Source of the DNA: an uncultured Solirubrobacteraceae bacterium
GTDB taxonomy: Bacteria; Actinomycetota; Thermoleophilia; Solirubrobacterales; Solirubrobacteraceae
Direction: 5' to 3'
DNA length: 64,000 bases
Assembly: GCA_963761355.1 (NCBI GenBank)
Contig: CAVXHC010000016.1
Span: 2,482-66,481 of the forward strand
This document shows, piece after piece, positions 1-9,943 of this stretch. Both the position numbers and the translations under genes were made by a program. How positions within the stretch are numbered: position 1 is the first letter of the stretch; each line of letters begins with the position of its first letter. The notes beneath the pieces were generated by a model that had not been told where the DNA came from, searched no databases, and was given only the letters and a program-made list of their open reading frames with translations.

Positions 1-1
1 G

Positions 2-217
2 CTCTGCATCTGCGAAGGCGCGCCCGAGCTCGTCTACGCCGTCGATCGCCTTGCAGCGCTCGAAGAGGACGCCACGGCCCAGAAGGGGGACGGCGTGCCC
101 CTGCGCAGGGGCATCGAGCTGGTCGGCGAAACGCGGCTCAGCCTGGCCCTGAACGTGTCCGAGGAGCTGGCCGTCGAGGCGCTCGCCTACCGGCTCGAGT
201 CACTGCTCAGCCGATAG
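2..217 (+). CDS. 3' end of a gene entering from the left; possibly DNA polymerase III delta' C-terminus
   Basis: Open frame from base 2 to TAG 215-217 ending ...ETRLSLALNVSEELAVEALAYRLESLLSR; resemblance to HolB C-termini is from memory only. Confidence 0.4.
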   Translation, partial: LCICEGAPELVYAVDRLAALEEDATAQKGDGVPLRRGIELVGETRLSLALNVSEELAVEALAYRLESLLSR

Positions 218-1088
218 GCCCGAGGTTCGGCTCAAGGCCGTAGGTGTCGAACGCGAGGAAGCGCGAGAACTGGCGGTTCTCCGGTCCGTGGAAGTCGGCG
301 GAGCCGGTGCTGAGCAGATCGAGCGACGCGCAGCGCGCGACCAGGAGCTCGGTCTGCTCGCGGTCGTGGGTCACGTAGAAGGCCTCCACGCCGTCGATCG
401 ACAGCGCGTCGAAGCGCTCGATCGTCGCGAGCACCTCGGCCGGCTCGGAGATGTCCCAGAAGGGGTGCGCCCACACCGCCACGCCGCCGGCCTCGTGGAT
501 CGCCGCGACGGCCTCGGCGACGGTGGGGGTCTGGCGCAGTCGGAAGGCCGGGCGGCCCTCGATCAGATAGCCCCTGATCAGCGAGCCGACGTCATCGATG
601 CCCTCGTCCTTCAGCCGGTCGGCGTTGGCGGGGCCGGCGAGAACGGCTTCGGCCAGATGCGGGCGGCCGATCGGCGCCCCGGCCGCGCGCCGCTCGGCGA
701 GCTCGCGCTGGTCGAGCTCGAGGCCCAGCTCTTCAAGCGCCGCAGCCATGCGCATCGTGCGCTGCTCGCGGTCTGACAGGAACTGGCTCAGGCGCTCGCA
801 CAGGAGCGGGCCGGCGTGGTCGATGAGATAGCCGAGGATGTGCAGTTCGCGGGCCGCTCCGGCGCCGGCGGCGCCGTCATCGACGGCTGAGATCTCGACC
901 GCGGAGACGACGCGCACGCCCTCGCGCTCACCCGCGGCGAGCGCCTCGGAGACGCCGCTGACGGTGTCGTGGTCTGACAGCGCCAACAGCTCCACGCCCG
1001 CCTCGGCGGCGCGGCGCACGACCTCGGCCGGCTCGAGCGCGCCGTCGGAGTGGGTGGAGTGCGACTGCAGGTCAAAGCGCGGGTGCAC
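207..1088 (-). CDS. PHP-domain phosphoesterase (YciV/TrpH-like)
   Basis: DLQSHSTHSDG, LSDHDT, AHP and GSADFHG motifs; TAGCGT 7 nt before the GTG start. Confidence 0.9.
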   Translation of the reverse strand: MHPRFDLQSHSTHSDGALEPAEVVRRAAEAGVELLALSDHDTVSGVSEALAAGEREGVRVVSAVEISAVDDGAAGAGAARELHILGYLIDHAGPLLCERLSQFLSDREQRTMRMAAALEELGLELDQRELAERRAAGAPIGRPHLAEAVLAGPANADRLKDEGIDDVGSLIRGYLIEGRPAFRLRQTPTVAEAVAAIHEAGGVAVWAHPFWDISEPAEVLATIERFDALSIDGVEAFYVTHDREQTELLVARCASLDLLSTGSADFHGPENRQFSRFLAFDTYGLEPNLGPIG

Positions 1089-1106
1089 GCGCGGGACGCT
1101 ATGCGA

Positions 1107-1490
1107 TCAGATCAGCTGCTGGTCGTGCGCATGCTCATCGCAGGGGACCGCGAGCAGTCCGGCGACGCGAGCCGCGAGGTGGCTGCGGAAGCTCTGCACG
1201 GCGGCGTGGTAGCCGCGGGCCTTGCCCGACAGGGCGCGTTCTGCGCGCGCGTCGATCGCATCGAGCTCGGCGTGCGCGGCTTCGGTCTCGGCGGCGCGCT
1301 GGGATGCCTCGATCCACAGCACCTCCAGGTAGGCCATGGCGGCGCCCAGCTGCTCCTGGGGGAGGGAGTCGCGCTGTTCGAGCTCGAGCACCACCGGCAT
1401 CACCTCGTGGTTCAGCCAGCTGTGCTCGGCATGGGCGCGCAACAGCAGGCAGACGTCGGATAGGGGGGAGGGATGGGAGTGGTCTGTCAT
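1107..1490 (-). CDS. hypothetical helical protein
   Basis: 127-aa ORF with plausible composition, co-oriented with the PHP gene. Confidence 0.65.
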   Translation of the reverse strand: MTDHSHPSPLSDVCLLLRAHAEHSWLNHEVMPVVLELEQRDSLPQEQLGAAMAYLEVLWIEASQRAAETEAAHAELDAIDARAERALSGKARGYHAAVQSFRSHLAARVAGLLAVPCDEHAHDQQLI

Positions 1491-1655
1491 GCGGAGCGTC
1501 CGTGCTCTGAGGGCGATGCGGCTAGTTCTGGCTTCGACGTGGCGCCCGCGCGGCTTTAGAAGTCGGGGTCACTTTCCACGCTTCTCCTGCACCCCGCCGT
1601 GGGCGATCTCGCGCGTGCTCAAGAAATGCTCCCCTATGTACCGATGAGGGGAGTG

Positions 1656-2366
1656 ATGCGCACCGCCGACCCGACCGGCCGCACGGCCGGACAGTATGCG
1701 CGCAGGACCGTTCTGCGCCTGCGCATGCGCACGCTCGTCACGCTCGGAGTGCTCGCCGTGGCGACCGCCATGCTCGGGCGCGCGTTCGGGCTGCACGACG
1801 CGCGCTTCCTCGGCTCGGAGATCGCGCTGCTCATAACGATCTTCGTGATCTCCCGCTACGTGCTGCCGCTGGTCGAGCGCCAGGACCGCGGCGCGGCCGG
1901 CGAGGAGCAGGTGGGGGGCCTGTTGGAGGTGCTGGCGGAGGAAGGCTGGCGCGTGATCCACGACGCGACCTTCGGCCACGGCAACGTCGACCACATCCTG
2001 ATCGGGCCGGCCGGCGTCTTCACGGTCGAGACCAAGAGCCATCCCGGGCCGGTGCGGGTCGGGCGCGTGCACGGGCGCACGCTCAGCCAGGCCCAGGCCC
2101 AGCGCAAGGCCATCGAAGCCGTGACCGGCGTCAGCGTGGAGCCGCTGATCGTCTACAGCCGCGCCTGGGTCGACAGGCCGCTGACGCGGCGCAAGGGCGT
2201 GCGGGTGGTGCCGGCGCGGATGCTGATCGGATACCTGACCAGACACCGCGCCACGCTCGCGCCGGCGGACATCGAGCGCGTGCAGGATCTGCTCGACGAG
2301 GGCCTCACCGAGTATGAGACCCAGCGTCGCGCCGGCGGCTCCCCGCTCGCCCGCCTGATCGCCTAG
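1656..2366 (+). CDS. NERD nuclease-related domain protein with N-terminal TM helices
   Basis: GAAGEE...VIHD...NVDHILIGPAGVFTVETKS; GAGGGGAG RBS before the ATG. Confidence 0.85.
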   Translation: MRTADPTGRTAGQYARRTVLRLRMRTLVTLGVLAVATAMLGRAFGLHDARFLGSEIALLITIFVISRYVLPLVERQDRGAAGEEQVGGLLEVLAEEGWRVIHDATFGHGNVDHILIGPAGVFTVETKSHPGPVRVGRVHGRTLSQAQAQRKAIEAVTGVSVEPLIVYSRAWVDRPLTRRKGVRVVPARMLIGYLTRHRATLAPADIERVQDLLDEGLTEYETQRRAGGSPLARLIA

Positions 2367-2389
2367 CCGAAGGGGGTAGGTTGTAGGGC

Positions 2390-3799
2390 ATGGCGACGAC
2401 GGCTCCCGCCGCGGCGGTGCAAGGGCTCGACACGGGCGAGCCGGCGCTCGGCGCGACGCCGGCGCCGGAGCTTCCGCCGGGCCCGCGGGCGCCCGCGATC
2501 GTGCAGACGCTGGCGTGGGCGCTGGCGCCCACGTGGGTGATGGACCGCTGTGCGGAAAGGCTGGGCGAGGCGTTCACGCTGACGTTCGCCCCGAGCGGCA
2601 TGAAACTCGTGATGGTCTCGGATCCCGAGGCGGTCAAGACGGTGTTCACGGCGCCGCCCGAGGTTGCTCCCTCGGCGGCGGGCTCCTCGCCGGTCGCGCC
2701 CGTGATGGGGCCGAGCTCGGTGATCACGCTGACCGGGCCCGAGCACATGCGCCAGCGAAAGCTCCTGCTGCCGCCCTTCCACGGCGAGCGCATGCGCGAG
2801 TACGAGGACGTGATCGTGGAGGCGACGAGCAGGGACATGGCCGGCTGGCCGATGGGGCAGCCGATGCGCCTGCAGGAGCGCACGCGCAAGATCACCCTCG
2901 AGGTGATCCTGCGGGCGGTGTTCGGGGTTGAGGCCGAGCGCATGGGGGAGCTTCGGCATGCGATCGGGGGGCTGCTCGCGCCGGTGCATCCGCTGGCGAT
3001 CATGCTCTTCTCGCTGCGCCGGCCGACGGTCGAGCGTCCCACGGGCGCGCTCGGGCGGGCGCTCGACCACCTCGACGCGGTCGTCTACTCCGAGCTACGC
3101 CGCCGCCGCGAGCAGGAGGATCTGGCGGAGCGCAACGACATCCTCTCGCTGCTCATGCAGGCGCGCGACGAGGACGGGCAGGCGATGACCGACTCAGAGC
3201 TGCGCGATGAGCTCGTGACGCTGCTCTTGGCCGGGCACGAGACGACGGCGACGTCGGTCGCGTGGGCGATCGAGCGGCTGGTGCGCCATCCTGAGAAGCT
3301 GAGGCGCCTGCAGGCTGAGATCGACGCTCTCGCCGAGGGCGGCTCGGAGGAGTACATGACGGCGGTCGTCAACGAGACGCTGCGCGTTCGACCGGTGGTG
3401 CCGATTGTGGCGAGGATGCTCGAAGAGGAGCTCGAGGTGGGCGGCTATCGGCTGGCCAAGGGCACGCGCGTGGTGCCGTCGATCTATCTCACCAACCGCA
3501 ACCCGCGCTCCTACGAGCAGGCCGAGGAGTTCCGTCCCGAGCGCTTCCTCGAGGGCGGACCGGAGACCTTCTCGTGGATCCCCTTCGGCGGGGGGATACG
3601 CCGCTGCATCGGCGCCTCCTTCGCGCTGCTCGAGATGAAGCTGATCCTGCGCACGGTGCTCAGAGAGCTCGAGCCGAGCCTGCCCGCGCGCACACGCCGC
3701 TGGCGAAACGGCGAGTGGAACCGCCGGCGGGCGATCACGCTCGTGCCGGCCGCGGGCGCGCGCGTGGTGTGGAGCAGAAGAGGCTCCCTGAGCCGTTGA
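2390..3799 (+). CDS. cytochrome P450
   Basis: AGHETT, ETLR and FGGGIRRCIG heme motif. Confidence 0.95.
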   Translation: MATTAPAAAVQGLDTGEPALGATPAPELPPGPRAPAIVQTLAWALAPTWVMDRCAERLGEAFTLTFAPSGMKLVMVSDPEAVKTVFTAPPEVAPSAAGSSPVAPVMGPSSVITLTGPEHMRQRKLLLPPFHGERMREYEDVIVEATSRDMAGWPMGQPMRLQERTRKITLEVILRAVFGVEAERMGELRHAIGGLLAPVHPLAIMLFSLRRPTVERPTGALGRALDHLDAVVYSELRRRREQEDLAERNDILSLLMQARDEDGQAMTDSELRDELVTLLLAGHETTATSVAWAIERLVRHPEKLRRLQAEIDALAEGGSEEYMTAVVNETLRVRPVVPIVARMLEEELEVGGYRLAKGTRVVPSIYLTNRNPRSYEQAEEFRPERFLEGGPETFSWIPFGGGIRRCIGASFALLEMKLILRTVLRELEPSLPARTRRWRNGEWNRRRAITLVPAAGARVVWSRRGSLSR

Positions 3800-3908
3800 T
3801 GAGGGGCCGCCCGGCGGGCGGCCCGGGCGGGCGTGCGGGCTGGGGCTGCTGGCGCGTGGGCACTGAAGGCGGCCGGTCCCGGCCGGGGCGGTGAGTAGCG
3901 TGGGGGCG

Positions 3909-5744
3909 ATGGACACGACCCTGCAGACGCCTCCGGCGGCCGGCGAGGACGCGCCGGCGGCGGCGCCCGAGGCGCTGCTCGCGCGGTTCGGTCTCGAGGC
4001 CTTCAGGCCGGGGCAGCGCGAGGCGGTGCAGGCGGCGCTCGACGGGCGCGACAGCCTCGTGGTGATGCCGACCGGGGGCGGCAAGTCGCTGTGCTACCAG
4101 CTGCCGGCGCTGGCGGCCGATGGCGATCCGAGCCACCCTCTGGTGGTCGTCGTGAGCCCCCTGATCGCGCTCATGTCAGACCAGCTGCGCCGCCTCGAGC
4201 AGGCGGGCGTGAGGGCGAGCATGCTGGCATCGGGGATGCAGGAGGGCCACAACTCGCAGGCTCTGCGGGACATCTCGGCGGGGGACACCCAGCTCGTGCT
4301 GGCGGCGCCCGAGCGCTTCGCCTCGGGCGCCTTCCGCGAGGCCCTGGCGCGCCGGCGGGTGTCGCTGTTCGTCGTGGACGAGGCGCACTGCGTGGCCGAG
4401 TGGGGGCACGACTTCAGGCCCGACTACCTGCGCCTGGGGGATGCGATCTCCTCGTTGGGGCGCCCGGCGGTGATGGCGGCCACGGCCACGGCCACGCCGC
4501 GGGTGGCCGAGGAGATAGCGGCGCGGCTGGGCCTGCGCGAGTGGGTCTCGATCCGCTCCGGCTTCGACCGCCCCAACCTCGCCTTCGACGTGTTCGGCGT
4601 GGAGGGCAAGGGCGCGGTCGCGCGCAAGCGCGCGGCGCTCGTGCACGTCCTCAGCGACGCGCGCTCGAGACCGGCGATCGTGTACTGCGGCACGCGCCGG
4701 GACACCGACGAGGTGGCGGCGATGATCGCGCAGCGCGGGATCGAGACGGTGGCCTACCACGCGGGCATGAGCCCGCAGGCGCGCCGCGACAGCCAGCAGG
4801 CGTTCATGCAGGATCGCGCCGAGGTCGTGGTGGCGACGAACGCATTCGGCATGGGCGTGGACAAGACGGATGTGCGGACGGTCGCGCACTGGGCGCTGCC
4901 GACGAGCCTCGAGGCCTACTACCAGGAGGCGGGCAGGGGCGGGCGCGACGGCGAGCCGGCGCGCGCGCTGCTGTTGGCGGCGAGGATGGATCTGGGGCGG
5001 CTGATCAGGTTCATCAACGAGCGCGACACGAGCGTCGCGGACGTCAAGGCCTATGTCGCGGCCCTGCGCAGCCGCAGCGAGCAGGGCGTGGTGGTGATCG
5101 GCCACGGAGCCCTCGCCGAGCGCGAACGGGTGCTTTTGTCGATCGCCGAGCGCGCGGGTGCGGTCGAGCTCGAGCCGGGCGGCCGCGACGGCCTGCTGGT
5201 GACGGTCACCGGCCGCGGCAGCCCGCGCGCGGCGTATGCGGCGATCAGGGCAGCCAAGGACCGCGGGTGGGAGTCCTACCGCTCGATCGAGCGCTTCATC
5301 ACCGGCAAGGAGACCTGCAGAAGGCGCCAGATCCTCGACCACTTCGGAGACGCGGCGGAGGGGGCCCCGAGCGGGCGCTGCTGCGACGTATGCGACCCCG
5401 ACGTGGAGCTCGAGCAGGCGGCCACGGCGCGTGCGGGGAGGGCGCGACCGGTCAGGGGGGCGCGAGCCACGGTGACTGGGGGAGCAGAGCGGGCGGGGGC
5501 CTCGGCCGATGAGCAGGAACAGGGCGAGCCGGTGGACGAGCAGGAGTTCGAGCGGCTGAGGACATGGCGCTGGGAGCGGGCCGAGGGCAAGCCGGCGTTC
5601 ACGGTGGCCGCCAACGCGGTGCTCGAGGAGGTGCTGCGCAGACGCCCGCGCAGCATCGAGGAGCTGATCGAGATCCGCGGGATCGGGCCGGCCTTCTGCG
5701 AGAAGCACGGCGAGTCCCTGCTCGCGGCACTCGGCTCCTCTTAG
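3909..5744 (+). CDS. recQ: RecQ-family ATP-dependent DNA helicase with HRDC domain
   Basis: MPTGGGKSLCYQ, DEAHC, EAYYQEAGRGGRDG, Zn-binding CRR...CCDVC and C-terminal HRDC. Confidence 0.95.
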   Translation: MDTTLQTPPAAGEDAPAAAPEALLARFGLEAFRPGQREAVQAALDGRDSLVVMPTGGGKSLCYQLPALAADGDPSHPLVVVVSPLIALMSDQLRRLEQAGVRASMLASGMQEGHNSQALRDISAGDTQLVLAAPERFASGAFREALARRRVSLFVVDEAHCVAEWGHDFRPDYLRLGDAISSLGRPAVMAATATATPRVAEEIAARLGLREWVSIRSGFDRPNLAFDVFGVEGKGAVARKRAALVHVLSDARSRPAIVYCGTRRDTDEVAAMIAQRGIETVAYHAGMSPQARRDSQQAFMQDRAEVVVATNAFGMGVDKTDVRTVAHWALPTSLEAYYQEAGRGGRDGEPARALLLAARMDLGRLIRFINERDTSVADVKAYVAALRSRSEQGVVVIGHGALAERERVLLSIAERAGAVELEPGGRDGLLVTVTGRGSPRAAYAAIRAAKDRGWESYRSIERFITGKETCRRRQILDHFGDAAEGAPSGRCCDVCDPDVELEQAATARAGRARPVRGARATVTGGAERAGASADEQEQGEPVDEQEFERLRTWRWERAEGKPAFTVAANAVLEEVLRRRPRSIEELIEIRGIGPAFCEKHGESLLAALGSS

Positions 5745-5771
5745 GCGGTCGGTCGCGCTCAGGGCGTCAGC

Positions 5772-6257
5772 TCAGGCGACCATGGCCGCGCGCGCCTCGC
5801 GCAGGAGACGCACGGCGGCTTGCGGCTGGCCGCGGTAGGCGGGGCCGCTCCCGTCGGTCAAGAGGCGCTTGAGCATCGCCATCCCCGCCGCGCGGAGCGG
5901 CTCGCCACCGCGCAGCAGCTCGGCCAGCTCGCGCAGCTCAGCGGCGTTCGCGAGCAGGGGGCTGTGCGGTGAGACCGCCCACCAGCGGCGCTGATGCCCG
6001 CGCGCGGCGAGCAGCGAGCGCTCGAGCCCGGCGGCCAGCTGGGTTCTCGTGCGCCGTGAGGTGAGCGTCGCTGCGCGCGCGGCCAACGCCGGCGAGGAGA
6101 GGGGATCGACGCCGGCGATCAGCTGCCGCTCGAGCGAGCTCGCGTGCAGGTGCGAGGCGATGCGGGCGAACACGTCGGGCCTGAGCGAGGCGGCCCTGCG
6201 CTCGTGGGCGACGAGGAAACTGTGACCTGCTGAAGCGGCGGTTCGTTGCGATATCAT
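5772..6257 (-). CDS. hypothetical protein
   Basis: 161-aa ORF ending LLTDGSGPAY..., divergent from the CGNR gene. Confidence 0.6.
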   Translation of the reverse strand: MISQRTAASAGHSFLVAHERRAASLRPDVFARIASHLHASSLERQLIAGVDPLSSPALAARAATLTSRRTRTQLAAGLERSLLAARGHQRRWWAVSPHSPLLANAAELRELAELLRGGEPLRAAGMAMLKRLLTDGSGPAYRGQPQAAVRLLREARAAMVA

Positions 6258-6308
6258 GGAAACCTCCGTACTCGTTTAGCCGGTGTCGTAACCTACCATA
6301 GCAAAACG

Positions 6309-6875
6309 ATGGTGTCAACAGACAGCGAGCCGCAGGCTCCTCACTCCCTCGACCTGGTGATCGAGTTCGTCAACACGCTCGACATGGACGAGGGCACGGA
6401 CTCGATCGAGCGACCGGAGACGCTGGCCACGTGGTTGCGCGAGCGAGAGCTGCTGAAGGCGGGCGAGGCGCTCAGCGAGGGCGATCACGCGCACGCGATC
6501 AGGCTGCGCGAGGCCCTGCGGGCGCTGATGCTCGCGAACAACGGCGAGCCCGGCGACGATCGCGCCGGGCGCGAGCTCGAGCGCGCCGCCAGGCGCGGCG
6601 AGCTCGGCGTCCACTTCGACCCCGACGCGGCGGTGTCTCTGCGCCCGCGCGCGGGCGGCGGCGACGGCGCTCTGGCGCAACTGCTCGTGCCGGTCGCGAG
6701 CGCTTTCGCCGACGGCTCCTGGCGGCGCGCCAAGGCCTGCCGCGCGCCGGACTGCCGCTGGGCGTTCTATGATCGCTCACGGAACCGCTCGGGCGTGTGG
6801 TGTGAGATGGCCGTGTGCGGCAACCGCACGAAGGTCCGCACCTATCGCGCGCAGGCATCGCGCGAGCGCCGCTAG
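6309..6875 (+). CDS. CGNR zinc-finger (ABATE) domain protein
   Basis: FVNT near the N-terminus; KACRAPDCRWAFYDRSRNRSGVWCEMAVCGNRTKV. Confidence 0.92.
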   Translation: MVSTDSEPQAPHSLDLVIEFVNTLDMDEGTDSIERPETLATWLRERELLKAGEALSEGDHAHAIRLREALRALMLANNGEPGDDRAGRELERAARRGELGVHFDPDAAVSLRPRAGGGDGALAQLLVPVASAFADGSWRRAKACRAPDCRWAFYDRSRNRSGVWCEMAVCGNRTKVRTYRAQASRERR

Positions 6876-6899
6876 CGCGGACGGCGGGGCGATGCCCGG

Positions 6900-7247
6900 C
6901 TACGGCACGTCTCTGAGGATGTCCAGCAGCTCCGCGCGGTCATAGCCGCTCTCGCGGCCGAGCTTCACGAGCTCGATCGCCTTGGCGAGCAGCGCGCCGC
7001 GCTGTGGAGTCCCGCTGACACGGATCCCATGGCCGGGGCGCAGTTCGAGTAGGCCTTCGTCGCGAAGCAGCCTCAGGGCGCGCAGGACGGTGTTGGTGTT
7101 GACGTGCATGACGGCGGCGAGGTGGCGCGCCGGCGGGAGGCGTTCGCCGGGCTGTGCCTCGCCGTCGGCGATCGCGCGACGGATCTGCGCGGCGACCTGG
7201 TCGTGGAGGAGGGCCGGGTCATCGCGGTCAACCTTGACGTCGAGCAT
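6900..7247 (-). CDS. GntR/YtrA-family transcriptional regulator
   Basis: GERLPPARHLA...VNTNTVLRAL...GLLELRPGHG. Confidence 0.9.
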   Translation of the reverse strand: MLDVKVDRDDPALLHDQVAAQIRRAIADGEAQPGERLPPARHLAAVMHVNTNTVLRALRLLRDEGLLELRPGHGIRVSGTPQRGALLAKAIELVKLGRESGYDRAELLDILRDVP

Positions 7248-7297
7248 TGTGCTATTGATAATAGCTCAGAGCTGCTCGGCCGCAGTGCTGACATCCG

Positions 7298-8140
7298 ATG
7301 AGCGTCACCCTCAAGCCACCGCCCACGGAGACACCCGACGCGGGCGTCATCGAGGAGGCGCGGGCGCGCCAGCGCCGTCACCGCGGCGTGGCGGCCGCCG
7401 CGGTGATCGCCGCCGCAGTCGCCGCAGTGCTCCTGCTGGGATTCGCGGGCGGCGGCGGGGGATCGCACCCCGGCAGCACCGCGGTGCCGGCGGGACGGCT
7501 GCCGTCGAAGACCGCTCGATCCTCGCCCGCGGCCTGCGGCCACGGCGGGGCCCTGCAGGGGGCGCCGAACAGGTCGCTGCTGTCGATCCTCGGCGTGCTG
7601 CGCCGGCCGGCGACGACCGCCGACGCCCGCAGCGGCATCGCGGCGGGAGGGTTCATCAGCGGCGTCTTCGTCCACTACATACGCCTCGCGCGTGTCGTCT
7701 ACGGCAGCCCCTACTACGTCTACCCGGGCGTCGTCGGAGGCTGCGGAACCGGGGAAACGCCACATCAGGGCATCATGGAGCTCGCCAGGAACGTCGACCT
7801 CGGCCACGGGCTGATGGGCGGCACGGGGGGCGGCGGCGCGACCGCGGCGAAAATCGAGCGAGGGCAGGACGCGAGCAGTGGCCCGCCAGGCTCCAGCACG
7901 AGCTCGACGATCACGATGGTCGTGCCCGACGGCGTGGCGAAGGTCACGCTCGACTACCCCGCCGGCCGTGCGAGCGGCTACAGCCCAAAGATCTCGCCCG
8001 CGTTCACGATCACGACCGCTCCGGTGGGGAACCTGGTCGTGGTGACGCTCCCGCGCAGCAACCCGCTGCAACAGGGCACGATCATCTGGCGCTCCGCCGA
8101 CGGGCGCGTGATCAGGAGGTTCCACGGGCTCGGGACATGA
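7298..8140 (+). CDS. hypothetical membrane-anchored protein
   Basis: IEEARARQRRHR followed by a hydrophobic helix and a Gly-rich extracellular part. Confidence 0.7.
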   Translation: MSVTLKPPPTETPDAGVIEEARARQRRHRGVAAAAVIAAAVAAVLLLGFAGGGGGSHPGSTAVPAGRLPSKTARSSPAACGHGGALQGAPNRSLLSILGVLRRPATTADARSGIAAGGFISGVFVHYIRLARVVYGSPYYVYPGVVGGCGTGETPHQGIMELARNVDLGHGLMGGTGGGGATAAKIERGQDASSGPPGSSTSSTITMVVPDGVAKVTLDYPAGRASGYSPKISPAFTITTAPVGNLVVVTLPRSNPLQQGTIIWRSADGRVIRRFHGLGT

Positions 8141-8161
8141 GGTCCGAGCGCCGGGCGGGAC

Positions 8162-9301
8162 TCATCGATCGAAGGGGTGCGACGGCCTGTAGTGCGAGGG
8201 CTGCAGGGGTGGCGGTGTGACGGTCTCGAGCGTGCACGGGAGGGTCGCCGAGCAGCCCGGGTCCTGCTCGCTGGTGGGCCTCTGCGCCACGAGCCCGTAG
8301 GTGGTCGCGCCGTCGCGGGCGAGCTCGACGATCGGCACAGAGGCTGTGCCAAGACGGCGGTTTCCTTCGCGGTACTGAAACAGGGCCGCGGTGAAGGTCG
8401 TGTAGCAGCCCCCGCGCTCGAGCTCGGGGAAGAGGGCGGCCGAGCCCGACAGCACGGGCGGCGCAGGCCATTCCTCTTCGACGGGGTCTTCCTCGCCGTC
8501 CGTGCAGGACTCGCCGCCGATCGGGGCCCCGGCCAGCACACCGCGGCGGTTGGCGAGCGAGTCGACGCGCTCTTCCCAGGCTCCGTCGATGTCGACGCCT
8601 GGGCCCTCCGGCTTCCAGACGAAGGCGACGATCTGCGCGTCGATGGACAGGGCCTGGACTTCTCCGCCCGCCGGGAATTCGCCACAGCCCTGCCTGTGCG
8701 GGCACCCTTCGGGAACGGCGCCGTGCGCCAGCGTCACCAAGCGCGAGGGATGAGCGGCCGGGGAGAGCATGATCTGCGAGACGCGGCCGTGGGCCGCGGT
8801 CTTGCGCGCGAAGACGAGCGTTCCGCGCCACATCGCGGGCGTCGTGTCAGAGACCCGGCGGGGCTCCGGCACCGGCGGTGAGCGTTCCCTTCCGCTCTCC
8901 AGCTCGAGCACCCGCAGCCGGCAGCCGGCGCCCGTGTTGGGCTGCGCCAGTGTTCCCGTGCCCTTCACGTACAGGCCGGCGTCTTCCATCGCGGGCGTGA
9001 CCCGGCAGCGCGAGTAGGTGACGACGGGAGCGCCGGCGGCGTCGGTGCCCACCTGGGCGTCGAACGGCTGCGGCCGCCTGGCGACGGGCAGGGTCGCGAG
9101 CCGGCCTTCGTGAAAGCCCTCGAGCGACCACCCGCCGGCGCTGCGGACACTCCACACGAGCCATCCATGGCCCGCCGAGATCGGGGTCTCGGCGCTAAGG
9201 CTCGCGATCACCGTGGAGTTCGCCCGTGCCGCTGCGGGCGCCAGCAACGCGCCGAAGACCGCCGCCGCACCCAGCATCCGCCTGCCTGCGATCGCCCCCA
9301 T
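8162..9301 (-). CDS. hypothetical secreted protein
   Basis: Signal peptide ending APAAARA; paired cysteines; beta-rich. Confidence 0.7.
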   Translation of the reverse strand: MGAIAGRRMLGAAAVFGALLAPAAARANSTVIASLSAETPISAGHGWLVWSVRSAGGWSLEGFHEGRLATLPVARRPQPFDAQVGTDAAGAPVVTYSRCRVTPAMEDAGLYVKGTGTLAQPNTGAGCRLRVLELESGRERSPPVPEPRRVSDTTPAMWRGTLVFARKTAAHGRVSQIMLSPAAHPSRLVTLAHGAVPEGCPHRQGCGEFPAGGEVQALSIDAQIVAFVWKPEGPGVDIDGAWEERVDSLANRRGVLAGAPIGGESCTDGEEDPVEEEWPAPPVLSGSAALFPELERGGCYTTFTAALFQYREGNRRLGTASVPIVELARDGATTYGLVAQRPTSEQDPGCSATLPCTLETVTPPPLQPSHYRPSHPFDR

Positions 9302-9389
9302 GCTCTGGAAACCCCGCAGGTCACCGCGAAGTTGCGTGGCGGCTCTCGCCCTAGCTCAGGTGAGCGAGCGGCGCTAGCATCACCTGCGC

Positions 9390-9428
9390 GCCGACGTAGC
9401 TCAGCTGGTAGAGCACTTCACTCGTAAT
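9390..9428 (+). other. 5' half of tRNA-Thr(CGT); attL-like end of island 1
   Basis: Identical to 22499-22537, then diverges after the anticodon loop; GAGCACTTCA/TCCAGTGCTC imperfect inverted repeat flanks CTCGTAA. Confidence 0.92.
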
Positions 9429-9523
9429 CCAGTGCTCATCGCCACAGCCGCCGCCCATATCACGCCGGTCAAGAGCGTTTTCAGACGTGGCCAGACGTTC
9501 TCGCACGGTTGCGAACGTCCCGC

Positions 9524-9546
9524 GTGGGCCCACAGGTGGGCCTATG
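9524..9546. repeat. tandem 12-bp-period repeat GTGGGCCCAYRG, putative arm-type site (left)
   Basis: gtgggcccacag-gtgggcctatg; matches 22425-22448. Confidence 0.65.
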
Positions 9547-9711
9547 CGTGAGCCCTTCACTCCTCGGCCCCGGCGCAAGCGAACGGCCGTCCTTCTGCTT
9601 GGCCTTCTGTCCGCCGCCGGGCCCAACATGATGCCGGGTTCAACGTGCGACCCAAAGGGGCCGGGCCAGTCGAGCCTACTGTCGTAGCCCCGGAAATCGG
9701 AGGGACGATTC

Positions 9712-9840
9712 GTGCCCGTAAAGGCAAAACCGAGGCCTCGGAAAGCAGCCGTGAAAAAGAGCGCGGTCAAATCGAAACCGAAGACAGCCGCCAAAGCAGC
9801 AACGAAGCGCACAACGAAACGCGCGGCAAAACGCAAATAG
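9712..9840 (+). CDS. 42-aa Lys/Ala-rich histone-H1-like basic peptide
   Basis: GGAGGG RBS then GTG; MPVKAKPRPRKAAVKKSAVKSKPKTAAKAATKRTTKRAAKRK; followed by a terminator. Confidence 0.75.
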   Translation: MPVKAKPRPRKAAVKKSAVKSKPKTAAKAATKRTTKRAAKRK

Positions 9841-9848
9841 CATCCTGC

Positions 9849-9900
9849 GCAAAGAGACGTCGCCGCAGGCTATCTGGCGGCGTCTCTTTGCCGCTTTTGT
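9849..9900. terminator. intrinsic terminator hairpin
   Basis: GCAAAGAGACGTCGCC/GGCGGCGTCTCTTTGC stem followed by cgcttttgt; lies between convergent genes. Confidence 0.8.
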
Positions 9901-9943
9901 CGGTCCTTCCGTTCGCTCCGGACGGAACCTCCCTACCCCGCGA

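Noticed and set aside
4176-5708. Long antisense ORFs (also 48226-49350, 59761-60660, 33720-34934, 7073-8125)
   Set aside because: GC-rich shadow frames opposite well-supported genes, with no motifs
9740-9800. AAAGCAG hits inside the basic peptide gene
   Set aside because: Explained by Lys-Ala codons, not repeat-family sites
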